From Patescibacteria group bacterium (GTDB lineage Bacteria; Patescibacteriota; Patescibacteriia; UBA1558; GWA2-36-10), in NCBI GenBank assembly GCA_018819405.1, contig JAHJQF010000001.1:162097-226096 (forward strand): a stretch of 64,000 nucleotides of DNA, read 5' to 3'. Position 1 is the first letter of the stretch. Every line of letters begins with the position of its first letter. The position numbers were made by a program, and so were the translations under genes. Positions 52,030-61,142 of this stretch are shown here, piece after piece. The notes beneath the pieces are model-generated. The model was not told the DNA's origin, made no database searches, and saw nothing but the letters and a program-made list of their open reading frames with translations.

Positions 52030-52455
52030 TTATTTCTCGTTTTCTTCTTTTCTAATTGGCTCGGCCTTTTTATTTTCTTTGGGCTCTTCAGTGGAAATAT
52101 TGCCAATTGGCATATCCAGAGTGCCTTTGAGTAGTGCGCCACTTTCAATGGAAATAATTTGAGCCTTGATGTCGCCCAAAATCATGGCCGTACCGGTTAT
52201 TTCCAGCTTTCCTTTAACATTAATATTTCCTCTAACCTTACCGGAAATAAAGGCATTGTTGGCCTTGATATTGGCATCAACTACAGCATTTTGGCCTATT
52301 TTTAGGTTATTTTTGGTTTGTAAGTTACCTACCAAAATACCTTCTATGACCAAATCCCCTTCGCCTTTAAAATCTCCCTCTACTTTGACTGAAGGGCCAA
52401 TAATGGTTTCAATACTCTTTGAGTTTGGGGCAACTGATTGATTTTTAGAAAACAT
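52030..52455 (-). CDS. bactofilin (polymer-forming cytoskeletal protein)
   Basis: TIIG..VKVEGD beta-helix repeats. Confidence 0.88.
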   Translation of the reverse strand: MFSKNQSVAPNSKSIETIIGPSVKVEGDFKGEGDLVIEGILVGNLQTKNNLKIGQNAVVDANIKANNAFISGKVRGNINVKGKLEITGTAMILGDIKAQIISIESGALLKGTLDMPIGNISTEEPKENKKAEPIRKEENEK

Positions 52456-52619
52456 AGATTTTATATTATAATTAAATTTTAGGTAGTTTCTGTCCCTTAA
52501 TAGTAGCCAATTCGAGCATTAATGTAAAGAGATAAAACCCCTGATCAAAGCCTTAGTATAGACATTTTATACCTTATATATTAGAATAACTACGTTTTTA
52601 AAAATATACTAGTTAAAAT

Positions 52620-53189
52620 ATGGGCTTAATAAAGGATGCTAGAAATTATGCTATTGAACAAATAAATCAATATGGTAGCCCAGCTATTGAGCTTTTTGAA
52701 ATATCAGAGAAAAAAGCTCTAGAGTTAGCCAAAAAATTAAATCTTGAGATAGAGACTGTTTTAGTCGGTATAGCTCTTATGGACATAAGGCTCGGACAAG
52801 CCTTGTCAGAAGGAAGGATCAGCGAGCACGTTGCTATGAGTGTTGAGGCTAGCCGAGATTTTTTGGCTAATTATAATATTGATGAGAAAAAGAAAGAAAA
52901 TATTATAAATTGTGTGGCTGCTCACCATAAAGACGTAGAATTCACTTGTCCGGAGGCTGAGCTCTGTGCTAATGCTGATAGTTATCGTTTTTTGACGCCA
53001 AGAGGCATATTTATATATTTTCATTTATTAGTCAGTGAAAGACAAGTTAGTTTTTTAGAAACACTGGCCGCTGTCGAGGCTAAAATGGATGAAAAATATA
53101 ATATTTTGTCTTTAGAAATTTGTAAGAATGAGCTTGAAGAAAATTATAAAATGTTTAAAAAAATCTTTGCTCAAGTCAGAGAAAAGTAA
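52620..53189 (+). CDS. HD-domain-like protein (degenerate)
   Basis: ALMDI, H, AAHH, ANADS pattern. Confidence 0.55.
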   Translation: MGLIKDARNYAIEQINQYGSPAIELFEISEKKALELAKKLNLEIETVLVGIALMDIRLGQALSEGRISEHVAMSVEASRDFLANYNIDEKKKENIINCVAAHHKDVEFTCPEAELCANADSYRFLTPRGIFIYFHLLVSERQVSFLETLAAVEAKMDEKYNILSLEICKNELEENYKMFKKIFAQVREK

Positions 53190-53274
53190 AGGATAAAAAT
53201 CGTATCACGACACATTTTATAAACTAAAATTAGACAAAAAGAAAAGAATAAGTAAAAAATAAGATTTTTATTTA

Positions 53275-53349
53275 GACCCCATAGTTTAATGGATAAAACA
53301 AGAACCTCCTAAGTTCTAGATCCAGGTTCGATTCCTGGTGGGGTCACCA
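53275..53349 (+). tRNA. tRNA-Arg(CCT)
   Basis: GACCCCA/TGGGGTC acceptor stem + ACCA; anticodon arm AGAAC-CTCCTAA-GTTCT; GGTTCGATTCC T-arm. Confidence 0.95.
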
Positions 53350-53481
53350 GATAGTCAAGGCTTTAATTATTAGAAAAGATCTGCTATTATATAAATATGA
53401 AAAACTTGGACGAGCCCAGTCCTAATAAAATATCTAAAACAAGCTAATTTTTAAAAGCCTTTTTTGGGCTATTTTTAATAT

Positions 53482-54444
53482 ATGACATTTTTTGTACTAT
53501 TAATCTTACTTATCTTATCTTCATGGTTTTCTGGTATGGAGATTGCTTTATTTTCTTTGTCTTCATCAAAGGTAAAAGAGTTGGTAATGGCGAAAAAACC
53601 AAATGCGAATTTATTGCAGAAATTATTGGAAAATAAAAATAGGTTGTTAGTAGTAGTTTTATTGGGTAATAATTTGGTAAATATTGGTGCGGCTTCTTTA
53701 GCTACTGTGGCAGCTGTTAAAGTTTTTGGTGATTTGGGGGTTGGTCTGGCAACTGGAGCTATGACAGTCCTTATTCTCGTTTTTGGAGAAATGTATCCCA
53801 AGGCTTATTTTCAAATTCACGCTACGCGAGTAGCCTTGTTTTTTGCGCCGGCCATATATACTCTGCAAATTATTTTGTATCCAATAGTGCTAATTTTAGA
53901 GAAAATGTTGCATTTTTTGACCAGAGGCAGGGGCAAAAAAATAGTTTCAGAAGGGGAGTTTAGGGCTTTTAGTCGTTTAGCAGTAGAACAAGGGGCACTT
54001 GATTTTGCTGAGCACGAGATGATTATGAATATTTTGGAGTTCAATGATATAAGTGCCAAAGAAATAATGACACCACGATATCGCATGGCTGTTTTAAATG
54101 ATGATGCCGATGTTGATCAGGTAGCTTATTTTGTGGCCCAAGATGGACACAGCAGATATCCGGTTTATCATAATCAAAAGGATAATATTATTGGCTATGT
54201 GCACGTCAAAGAAATAATGAGAGTTTTAAATAGTGAGAAACGCGAAGAAACCTTGGAAAAATTTGTAAAACCAGTTATAAAAGTAAAAGAAAAGACCAAA
54301 ATTAACATTATTTTTAATAAAATGAGACGCCGTAAAAGCCACATGGCCTTAGTTTTAAGAGGGGATGATTTGATTGGTTTGATTACTATGGAGGATATTT
54401 TGGAGCACATTGTGGGAGACATCTTTGATGAGGACGATGATTAG
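53482..54444 (+). CDS. CNNM/DUF21-CBS domain protein (CorB/HlyC family)
   Basis: FSGMEIALFS, GNNLVN, FGEMYPK, two CBS domains. Confidence 0.9.
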   Translation: MTFFVLLILLILSSWFSGMEIALFSLSSSKVKELVMAKKPNANLLQKLLENKNRLLVVVLLGNNLVNIGAASLATVAAVKVFGDLGVGLATGAMTVLILVFGEMYPKAYFQIHATRVALFFAPAIYTLQIILYPIVLILEKMLHFLTRGRGKKIVSEGEFRAFSRLAVEQGALDFAEHEMIMNILEFNDISAKEIMTPRYRMAVLNDDADVDQVAYFVAQDGHSRYPVYHNQKDNIIGYVHVKEIMRVLNSEKREETLEKFVKPVIKVKEKTKINIIFNKMRRRKSHMALVLRGDDLIGLITMEDILEHIVGDIFDEDDD

Positions 54445-54609
54445 AAATAGCCGTTTCCAAGAGAAATAAAGTTAATACACAAATATTAGCCAAATTAAAT
54501 AGGCCGCTACGGAGCTATTTGGCCTCTCAGACAATAAACAAACACTTGTGAGCTACACTGGGGCGTAGCTATTTTCTTGACAATCCTCATAAAAAGATAT
54601 ATAAGAAAA

Positions 54610-54890
54610 GGATTCTTTGAAATATCTTGGCCAATATGGCCCTAGCGTCTAGTTTGGATAAAAAGGATATCTGATTTGGCTGCTGTGGCTATAAAAGTCA
54701 AAGCCGTGAAAGCTAAAGCGTAATTTGACCTTATAGTCAGAATTTAGTTCTTTATGGTAATTTTTGAGTGAGAGAGCTAGGGTAAGGGGTTCGCGCCCAG
54801 CATCCTTTACGGAGGGTGTCCGAGGACATACTCGGAGGAACTTCTTCCCTGCTGGCCCCACTGACTTCGGTTGGTGGGGCTATTTTATTT
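54610..54890 (+). ncRNA. candidate structured RNA (6S-like rod plus branched domain)
   Basis: promoter TTGACA(54577)-17-TATAAG; GCCCTAGC/GCTAGGGT closing stem; terminator with cUUCGg loop at 54855-54880. Confidence 0.5.
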
Positions 54891-55131
54891 GACCCCATAA
54901 TCGACAGACCTCAATATCAAGTATTGGGTGAGGATAGTTTAGTTTTGAAGGGATAGTATCATATCAGGGCTGAAATAGAACAGTGGTCTGTCGCTACGGG
55001 GCGGGACGTGGTGTTTAGTTAACCTTAGACAATAAATAAGCTCCAGTGTTTGCCTGCCCGCCATAGCCGGCACGGCAGGCGGGGAACTGGGGCAGACTTA
55101 TTTTCTTGACACATTTTGGACAATATGATAG

Positions 55132-55150
55132 TATACCCCCATAGGGTATA
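55132..55150. promoter_or_regulatory. CsoR/RcnR-type operator overlapping the promoter
   Basis: TATACCCCCATAGGGTATA (C/G tracts with AT-rich inverted flanks) next to TTGACA at 55106. Confidence 0.75.
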
Positions 55151-55169
55151 TAAGTATTTAGCTAAATCA

Positions 55170-55430
55170 ATGAAAAAAGCTTGTTGTCCAGAAAAAATAA
55201 TTTCTCAACTTCATAGGATTGAAGGCCAGATTCGGTCGGTAGAAAAAATGTACAATGAAAAACGTGATATTGAAGAAATCATTCGAGTAGTAAAAGCAGC
55301 TAGGGCGTCTATGGATTCTCTAAGTAAGCTTTTGGTGGACGATAAAGTCAGTGGATGTTATGATGGTAAAAAGGTGATTGATAAAAAACAATTGTCCAAA
55401 TTAATTAATATCTTATTTGATTTAAAATAA
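55170..55430 (+). CDS. CsoR/RcnR family transcriptional repressor
   Basis: LHRIEGQIRSVEKM motif; operator upstream. Confidence 0.85.
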   Translation: MKKACCPEKIISQLHRIEGQIRSVEKMYNEKRDIEEIIRVVKAARASMDSLSKLLVDDKVSGCYDGKKVIDKKQLSKLINILFDLK

Positions 55431-55464
55431 TAATTTAATTGTAAAATAATTAATAATAAAAAAT

Positions 55465-55788
55465 ATGCCATTAGAACTTACAGATCAGACTTTTGAAAAA
55501 GAAGTCAAATCATTTTCAGGTGTAGTCTTAGTAGATTTTTGGGCGCCTTGGTGCGGACCATGCAAAATGCAGGGACCGATTATAGAAGAGGTAGCCAATG
55601 AGCTAAAAGATAAAGAAGGTGTAAAAGTAGCCAAATTAGATGTTGATCAAAATAGTGCTACTGCTCAGGCTTTTAGCGTGATGAGTATCCCGACTTTAAA
55701 AATTTTTAAAAACGGTGAAGTAGTAGAAAATATGGTTGGTCTTCAAAGCAAAGAAGTCCTTCTAGATCTTATAAAAAAACATTCATAA
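55465..55788 (+). CDS. trxA: thioredoxin
   Basis: WCGPC. Confidence 0.96.
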   Translation: MPLELTDQTFEKEVKSFSGVVLVDFWAPWCGPCKMQGPIIEEVANELKDKEGVKVAKLDVDQNSATAQAFSVMSIPTLKIFKNGEVVENMVGLQSKEVLLDLIKKHS

Positions 55789-55794
55789 ATAATT

Positions 55795-56748
55795 ATGGCA
55801 GAACAAAATTATGATGTAATAATTGTCGGGGCTGGCCCAGCAGGACTGACAGCGGCAATTTATACTTCTCGTCGTGCTCTCAAGACCCTAGTCATTTCCA
55901 AAGATGTTGGCGGTCAGCTTGCTTTGACTGATGATGTAGAAAACTATCCTGGTTTTAATACAATTGGCGGTTTGGAATTGTCACAAAAATTTCAAGAGCA
56001 GGCGGCTAAGACCGGTGTAGAATTTTTGTTTGAAGGAGCAGAAAAAATAACCAAAGACGGCAATAATTTTTTGCTGGAAACTAGCACTGGTAAAAAGCTT
56101 GGCGCTAGAACAATTATTTTATGTTTTGGTCTTACACCGCGTACATTGGATGTGCCGGGTGAAAAAGAATTGACCGGCCGAGGTGTCAGCTACTGCGCTA
56201 CTTGTGACGGGCCATTGTATAGAGGCAAAAATGTAGTGGTAGTAGGTGGGGGTAATTCAGCTCTTGATGCTGCGGAGTATTCTTCCAAGCTAGCCAAAAA
56301 GGTGTATATGTTGGTTCGCAAAGATGCTTTTCGCGGTGAGCAGGTTTTGATTGACCACGTCAACAATGCCGAAAATGTAGAAATTATTTTCAATGCCGCG
56401 GCCAAAGAAGTCAAAGGCACAGACAGGGTGGAGAAGTTGGTTTATGAGACCGCAGATGGTCAGCAAAAAGAAATAGAGGTAGAAGGTATTTTTGTAGAGA
56501 TTGGTCATGTGGCCAAGACGGGTTGGTTGGACAATCTTGGTTTGGACATGACAAACAGAAAAGAAATTATTATTAGCCGTGACAATGAGACTAATATTAA
56601 AGGTATTTTTGCGGCTGGTGATATTACTGATATTACTTATAAACAAGCGGTGATTTCAGCCGGGGAAGGATCCAAAGCAGCCTTGCAAGCTTACAAATAT
56701 TTGCAGGGTGATAAGCCGATAGTCCCTGACTGGACACCAAAGAAATAG
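55795..56748 (+). CDS. trxB: thioredoxin reductase
   Basis: GAGPAG, CATCDG, GGGNSA. Confidence 0.95.
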   Translation: MAEQNYDVIIVGAGPAGLTAAIYTSRRALKTLVISKDVGGQLALTDDVENYPGFNTIGGLELSQKFQEQAAKTGVEFLFEGAEKITKDGNNFLLETSTGKKLGARTIILCFGLTPRTLDVPGEKELTGRGVSYCATCDGPLYRGKNVVVVGGGNSALDAAEYSSKLAKKVYMLVRKDAFRGEQVLIDHVNNAENVEIIFNAAAKEVKGTDRVEKLVYETADGQQKEIEVEGIFVEIGHVAKTGWLDNLGLDMTNRKEIIISRDNETNIKGIFAAGDITDITYKQAVISAGEGSKAALQAYKYLQGDKPIVPDWTPKK

Positions 56749-56752
56749 CCAA

Positions 56753-56868
56753 GTCATCCTGAATTCCTGCCCGACATGCCTGATGGCAGTGTGGTGGCAG
56801 GTGGGCACTTCAGGATTTAGTCGATTATTTTAATCATTAAGTAGATCCCGGATCAAGTCCGGGATGAC
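56753..56868. repeat. REP/RPE-like double-hairpin element with a nested palindrome
   Basis: GTCATCCTGAA...TTCAGGAT ... GATCCCGGATCAAGTCCGGGATGAC. Confidence 0.7.
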
Positions 56869-56879
56869 AATGTATAGTT

Positions 56880-58109
56880 ATGAATGCTTATGATAATGCA
56901 ATGAGGCAACTGGAAAAAGCCTCAAAGCTTATGAACCTCGACAAAGACGTGTTGTCGAGATTGTCTTCTCCAGAAAGGGTAGTAATGGCTTCTTTACCTG
57001 TCAAAATGGATGACGGAAGTCTTAGAATTTTTCAGGCCTATAGAGTACAGTACAATTCTGCTCGCGGACCATACAAAGGAGGAATTCGCTTTCATCCCCA
57101 AGTTGATTTGGACGAAGTAAAAGCATTGGCTTTTTGGATGACTATTAAGACTTCGGTAGTTGGCATCCCTATGGGCGGTGGCAAAGGGGGAGTGATAGTA
57201 GATCCAAAATCTTTGTCAGTTTCAGAAATTGAAAGATTATCTCGGGCTTGGATTAGAGCCTTTCGCTCAGTGATTGGGCCAGAAAAAGATGTGCCTGCTC
57301 CAGATGTTTATACCACTCCACAAATTATGGCTTGGATGGCTGATGAATTTTCTCAATTGGAAGGCAAGGCCAGTCTAGGCGTAGTAACTGGCAAGCCTCT
57401 AGAATATGGCGGCTCAAAAGGACGCGGTACTTCTACGGCTATGGGTGGATTCTATGTCCTGACGGAAGCAATAAAAGAACTTGGCTTGGAAGCAAAAAAA
57501 ACTAAAGTAGCTATCCAGGGTTTTGGTAATGCCGGAGCAACTATGGCTCATCTTTTGCATGAGGCAGGATATAAGGTAGTAGCTTTGGCTGATTCCAAGT
57601 CCATTGTCTACAATGACAAAGGCATTGATATTGATGAAGCTGAAAATTATAAAAAAGACAAAGGTTCTTTGGCTGGATTAGCTGGTACCAAAGATATAAA
57701 TATCAAAGAATTCTTTGCACTGGATGTTGATGTGATAGTGCCAGCTGCACTTGAAAACCAAATCAGCAAAGATAATGCCAACGACATCAAAGCCAAGATT
57801 GTGTTGGAATTGGCTAATGGTCCGACTACTCCTGAAGCTGATGAAATAATGTTTGAAAAAGGTATTATGTTGATTCCAGATGTACTAGCTAATGCTGGTG
57901 GGGTGACAGTATCTTATTTTGAATGGTTACAAAATATTTCTAACAACTACTGGAGCGAAGAAGAAGTAGATAGTGAACTCAAAGAAAGGATGATTCCGTC
58001 TTTTCAGACAATACTAGAGATGTCCAAAGAATATAAAACTGATTTAAGGACAGCCGCTTTTATTTCGGCTCTTCGTCGCATAGAAGCAGCTAGTAAAGTA
58101 AGAAATTAA
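56880..58109 (+). CDS. gdhA: Glu/Leu/Phe/Val dehydrogenase (glutamate dehydrogenase)
   Basis: GPYKGGIRFHP, GGGKGG, PAPD, GFGNAG, NAGGVTVSYFEW. Confidence 0.93.
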   Translation: MNAYDNAMRQLEKASKLMNLDKDVLSRLSSPERVVMASLPVKMDDGSLRIFQAYRVQYNSARGPYKGGIRFHPQVDLDEVKALAFWMTIKTSVVGIPMGGGKGGVIVDPKSLSVSEIERLSRAWIRAFRSVIGPEKDVPAPDVYTTPQIMAWMADEFSQLEGKASLGVVTGKPLEYGGSKGRGTSTAMGGFYVLTEAIKELGLEAKKTKVAIQGFGNAGATMAHLLHEAGYKVVALADSKSIVYNDKGIDIDEAENYKKDKGSLAGLAGTKDINIKEFFALDVDVIVPAALENQISKDNANDIKAKIVLELANGPTTPEADEIMFEKGIMLIPDVLANAGGVTVSYFEWLQNISNNYWSEEEVDSELKERMIPSFQTILEMSKEYKTDLRTAAFISALRRIEAASKVRN

Positions 58110-58184
58110 ATTTTTATATAAAAAGAAGAAGCACCCCAAGACATGGCAAGGGGTGCTTTTTTGTTGCGGCGCTTGTGGTGGCGC

Positions 58185-58457
58185 CTAGTTGTTGTCCGGT
58201 TCGGGCTCGGGATCCTGGCGGGGGCGGGGATCACGGGGATCCTGCTGCGGTGGGGCAGCCTCATAGAGAGGCTCTTTCTTCGACTGGAAACATCCGCAAC
58301 TTTCGTTGCAACTTTCCTTGCCACACTGGCACCTGCTCATGGGGAGCCTCCTCGGGATTGGGTGATGAAGTCCATTAGATCCCATGATTGGAATGCCGGC
58401 GAGATCATCTCTGCCTTCGGTTTCGTACCAATCGCCGGTTCCAAAACAACCGCCCAT
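58185..58457 (-). CDS. small Cys-rich/Pro-rich peptide, GC-rich cassette
   Basis: perfect promoter TTGACA(58527-58522)-17-TATAAT, SD AAGGAGGT, terminator 58128-58160. Confidence 0.6.
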   Translation of the reverse strand: MGGCFGTGDWYETEGRDDLAGIPIMGSNGLHHPIPRRLPMSRCQCGKESCNESCGCFQSKKEPLYEAAPPQQDPRDPRPRQDPEPEPDNN

Positions 58458-58566
58458 AGGGCACCTCCTTAAAGATAATAGTGGTAGTCAGTTATAAGAT
58501 TATAACCAGCCTTATATTTTTTGTCAAAAGTAAAACACCGAGCTTCCGTGGAGAGGTTCGGTGTTT

Positions 58567-59138
58567 TTATGATGGTAGGTCTTGCCGACAAGTGACAGCA
58601 AATGGATTGCTGGTCAGCACCTTATCTAGATCAAAACCTTGCAATAAGTGGAATCCGTTTTCACTGGTCTCCGGCAGATCGTCTAGACAGTGAAATATAA
58701 GGTAGCTTTTGAGGCAGACAACTTTGGGACAGTTGGCAAAGGCTTGGCCAAGGTCAAATTCGTAGAGAAAGTCTAGCTCGCTTGGGGGTTGGTATATTTC
58801 TAGCAAATAATCTCTGGCCATTATTTGAGCAGTCATTTCCGATTTTGTTTCGGGATCACTTATGGACTCTACAAACATTTCCAATACCTCATCCATACTG
58901 GGTTCTATAGCAATGAGGTCGTCTAGACCGTTTAGATTACGGTCATAAGTGTCTTCCGGAAAAATCGGTAGACCGCATTCTTCCAGGTCAAACCAGTCTG
59001 GCGGGCAGCTAGTATCTTGGGTAGTTTTTTCTTCATCAGAAAAAACAAGTGTTTCCTCCTGGTCTAGTTCTCTGAGGTGATCGTAACCGTCAGTCAGGGG
59101 CAAGATTATAAGGTAATTTTTGTCCAGTTGAGCCATCA
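58567..59138 (-). CDS. acidic hypothetical protein
   Basis: SD AAGGAGGG before ATG 59138; promoter TTGACA-18-TATAAT; terminator 58532-58568. Confidence 0.6.
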
Positions 59139-59224
59139 TTCCCTCCTTGGTGTCAATGTTCGCGACTTCCATCTTAATTATACCCAGCATTTCTTTTTTC
59201 TGTCAAAAATTATATAATTTTATT

Positions 59225-59836
59225 ATGTCAAAATATATCATCGGAATAGACGAGGCTGGTCGCGGGCCACTGGCTGGACCAATAGTAGCGGCTGGTATAA
59301 TCTTTCGTGGCTCAAAAAGGGAAAAGCAAATTTTGGATTTAGTAGATGATAGTAAAAAACTTAGCCTCAAGAGGCGAGAGGATTTATTTTTACCAATTAT
59401 CAAAAATTTTATTTGGTCAGTCAGGATGTATGATAATAATTTTATAGATAAATATGGCATTCAAAGAGCCAATATACTTTTATTTCACGATATTGTAGAA
59501 GATTTAGGAAAATATTTTGGTAAAACAAATGATGTGGTGGCTGATTATGTGGGGGGAGGGGAAACAGTTTTGAAAAATATAAATTTTTTTAAGTCTGGTG
59601 AAAGTCAATTCAAAGAAATTGCTGCTGCTTCGATATTGGCTAAGGTATATCGTGATAGATTGATGATGGATATAGATAAAAATTATCCGCATTATGAATT
59701 TGGGCTGCACAAAGGCTATGGTACTCGAAGACATTTTGAAGCAATCTCTAGACATGGCTTGTCACCAATTCATAGAAAAAGCTTTCTAAAAAATTCAGCC
59801 CTTGCGTATTTTGATACTACAAGGGCTAAGATTTAG
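59225..59836 (+). CDS. rnhB: ribonuclease HII
   Basis: GIDEAGRGPLAGP, DSKKL, AAASILAKV.RD, HKGYGT. Confidence 0.93.
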   Translation: MSKYIIGIDEAGRGPLAGPIVAAGIIFRGSKREKQILDLVDDSKKLSLKRREDLFLPIIKNFIWSVRMYDNNFIDKYGIQRANILLFHDIVEDLGKYFGKTNDVVADYVGGGETVLKNINFFKSGESQFKEIAAASILAKVYRDRLMMDIDKNYPHYEFGLHKGYGTRRHFEAISRHGLSPIHRKSFLKNSALAYFDTTRAKI

Positions 59837-60177
59837 TTGGAGCCTGCTCCGTTGAGAGAGCGAGGTTCTACTACGCGACCTTCTTTGATTGCTCGGATGA
59901 TACCTTGGATCATACCGTCGGAAATACCTCGATCAATATAGACTACAGTGGCTTGAGCTTGGTGTCCCCAAGCCAAGCCGGCTTCAATACCAAGTCTTCT
60001 TTGTTCGGGTACAGTATCGTCTAAGATGCCTTCTTGGGTATAGAGTAGGTGCGAGGCATAAGGAGCTTCACCGCGTTTGAGACAATCAAGGACACAAGCT
60101 CTAGCGTAGCGAATGTTGGCTTGTACTTCCTCGGGAGTGCCGGCAAAGGGGCTTTCTATTATTACTAGACGGTGCAT
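59833..60177 (-). CDS. phage-type hypothetical protein (possible nucleoside-deoxyribosyltransferase-like fold)
   Basis: VIIESPFAG...YARAC...EAPYASHLLYTQ..LDD..PEQR..GI; SD AGGAG. Confidence 0.65.
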   Translation of the reverse strand: MHRLVIIESPFAGTPEEVQANIRYARACVLDCLKRGEAPYASHLLYTQEGILDDTVPEQRRLGIEAGLAWGHQAQATVVYIDRGISDGMIQGIIRAIKEGRVVEPRSLNGAGSN

Positions 60178-60490
60178 GTTTTTCTCCTGTCTGAAAGTTT
60201 GTTGTACGAAGTGGGCAGGACACTAATATTTATTAACATAGAAAAAATATTTGAGCAAGTTCTTGACAGACAAAATAAATTTGTTGTAAGATAGAAGAAC
60301 AAATAAAGCCGTCTATTTTTTGAGAGACGGCTATACATACAAAAGCCCCCACATTGTGGGGGCTTTTGCGAAGAAAAGCGATTTTGAGAGCTAACTAGGT
60401 TAGTCTCAACAGAATCATACGACAAATTGAGAGATTTGTCAATATTTATTAGTAATTCCACAATATGTGGATAGGAAAGGAAAAGTGATT

Positions 60491-60898
60491 ATGGACTTAA
60501 ACAAAGTAAGTCTAATCGGCAATTTAGTAGCCGATCCAGAGGCCAGGACATTGCCCTCCGGGCAAAATCTAGCAGTATTTAAGATTGCGACCAATTATGT
60601 TTGGCGTGATCAGCAAAGCAAAGAAAAAAAGACCAGGGCTGATTTTCACCGGGCTGTGGCTTGGGGGCACTTGGCAGATATTATCAATACCTACCTAAAA
60701 AAAGGCTCCAAGGTTTTTTTGGAAGGGCGTTTGCAAAATCGTTCTTGGGAAGATAAAAATAAAAACAAAAGATATACCACAGAGATTGTGGCTAGTGATT
60801 TGATAATGCTAGGTGGCAGCAACAAAAAAACTGTTACTGGTGACGAAACAGCTAGAGAGGATGTTGATGTACAGACTATAGAGCTAGACGATAATTAA
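60491..60898 (+). CDS. ssb: single-stranded DNA-binding protein
   Basis: LNKVSLIGNLVADPE, LKKGSKVFLEGRLQNRSW; lacks the DDIPF tail. Confidence 0.92.
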   Translation: MDLNKVSLIGNLVADPEARTLPSGQNLAVFKIATNYVWRDQQSKEKKTRADFHRAVAWGHLADIINTYLKKGSKVFLEGRLQNRSWEDKNKNKRYTTEIVASDLIMLGGSNKKTVTGDETAREDVDVQTIELDDN

Positions 60899-61142
60899 TT
60901 GTCTTTTCAAGGTCTGAAGTTTGCCTGTATCTTCAGGCCTTCAATAAGACAATTAGAAGAAAGCGATTTTTCTGTCTCAGGGAGCATCTTTTTGGTGGGA
61001 GAGCTAAATTGTCCTAGGTTAGTTTTTTGTGTTCGTGCAAAAAGCTAACCACGATGTTCATTGACAAAACCAAAGGAGGAAAACAGCACTAGTCCATTCT
61101 AGTTTTTGGTCACCGGTTCCCACAAAACAAAAGGAGAGGGTC

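Noticed and set aside
54821-54852. RNase P RNA (GGAGGAACTTC after a hairpin)
   Set aside because: Does not match GAGGAAAGUCC, is followed directly by a terminator, and no CR-V motif is visible
58143-58472. 109-aa + strand ORF and overlapping alternatives
   Set aside because: Promoter, SD and terminator all point to the minus-strand 58457-58185 frame
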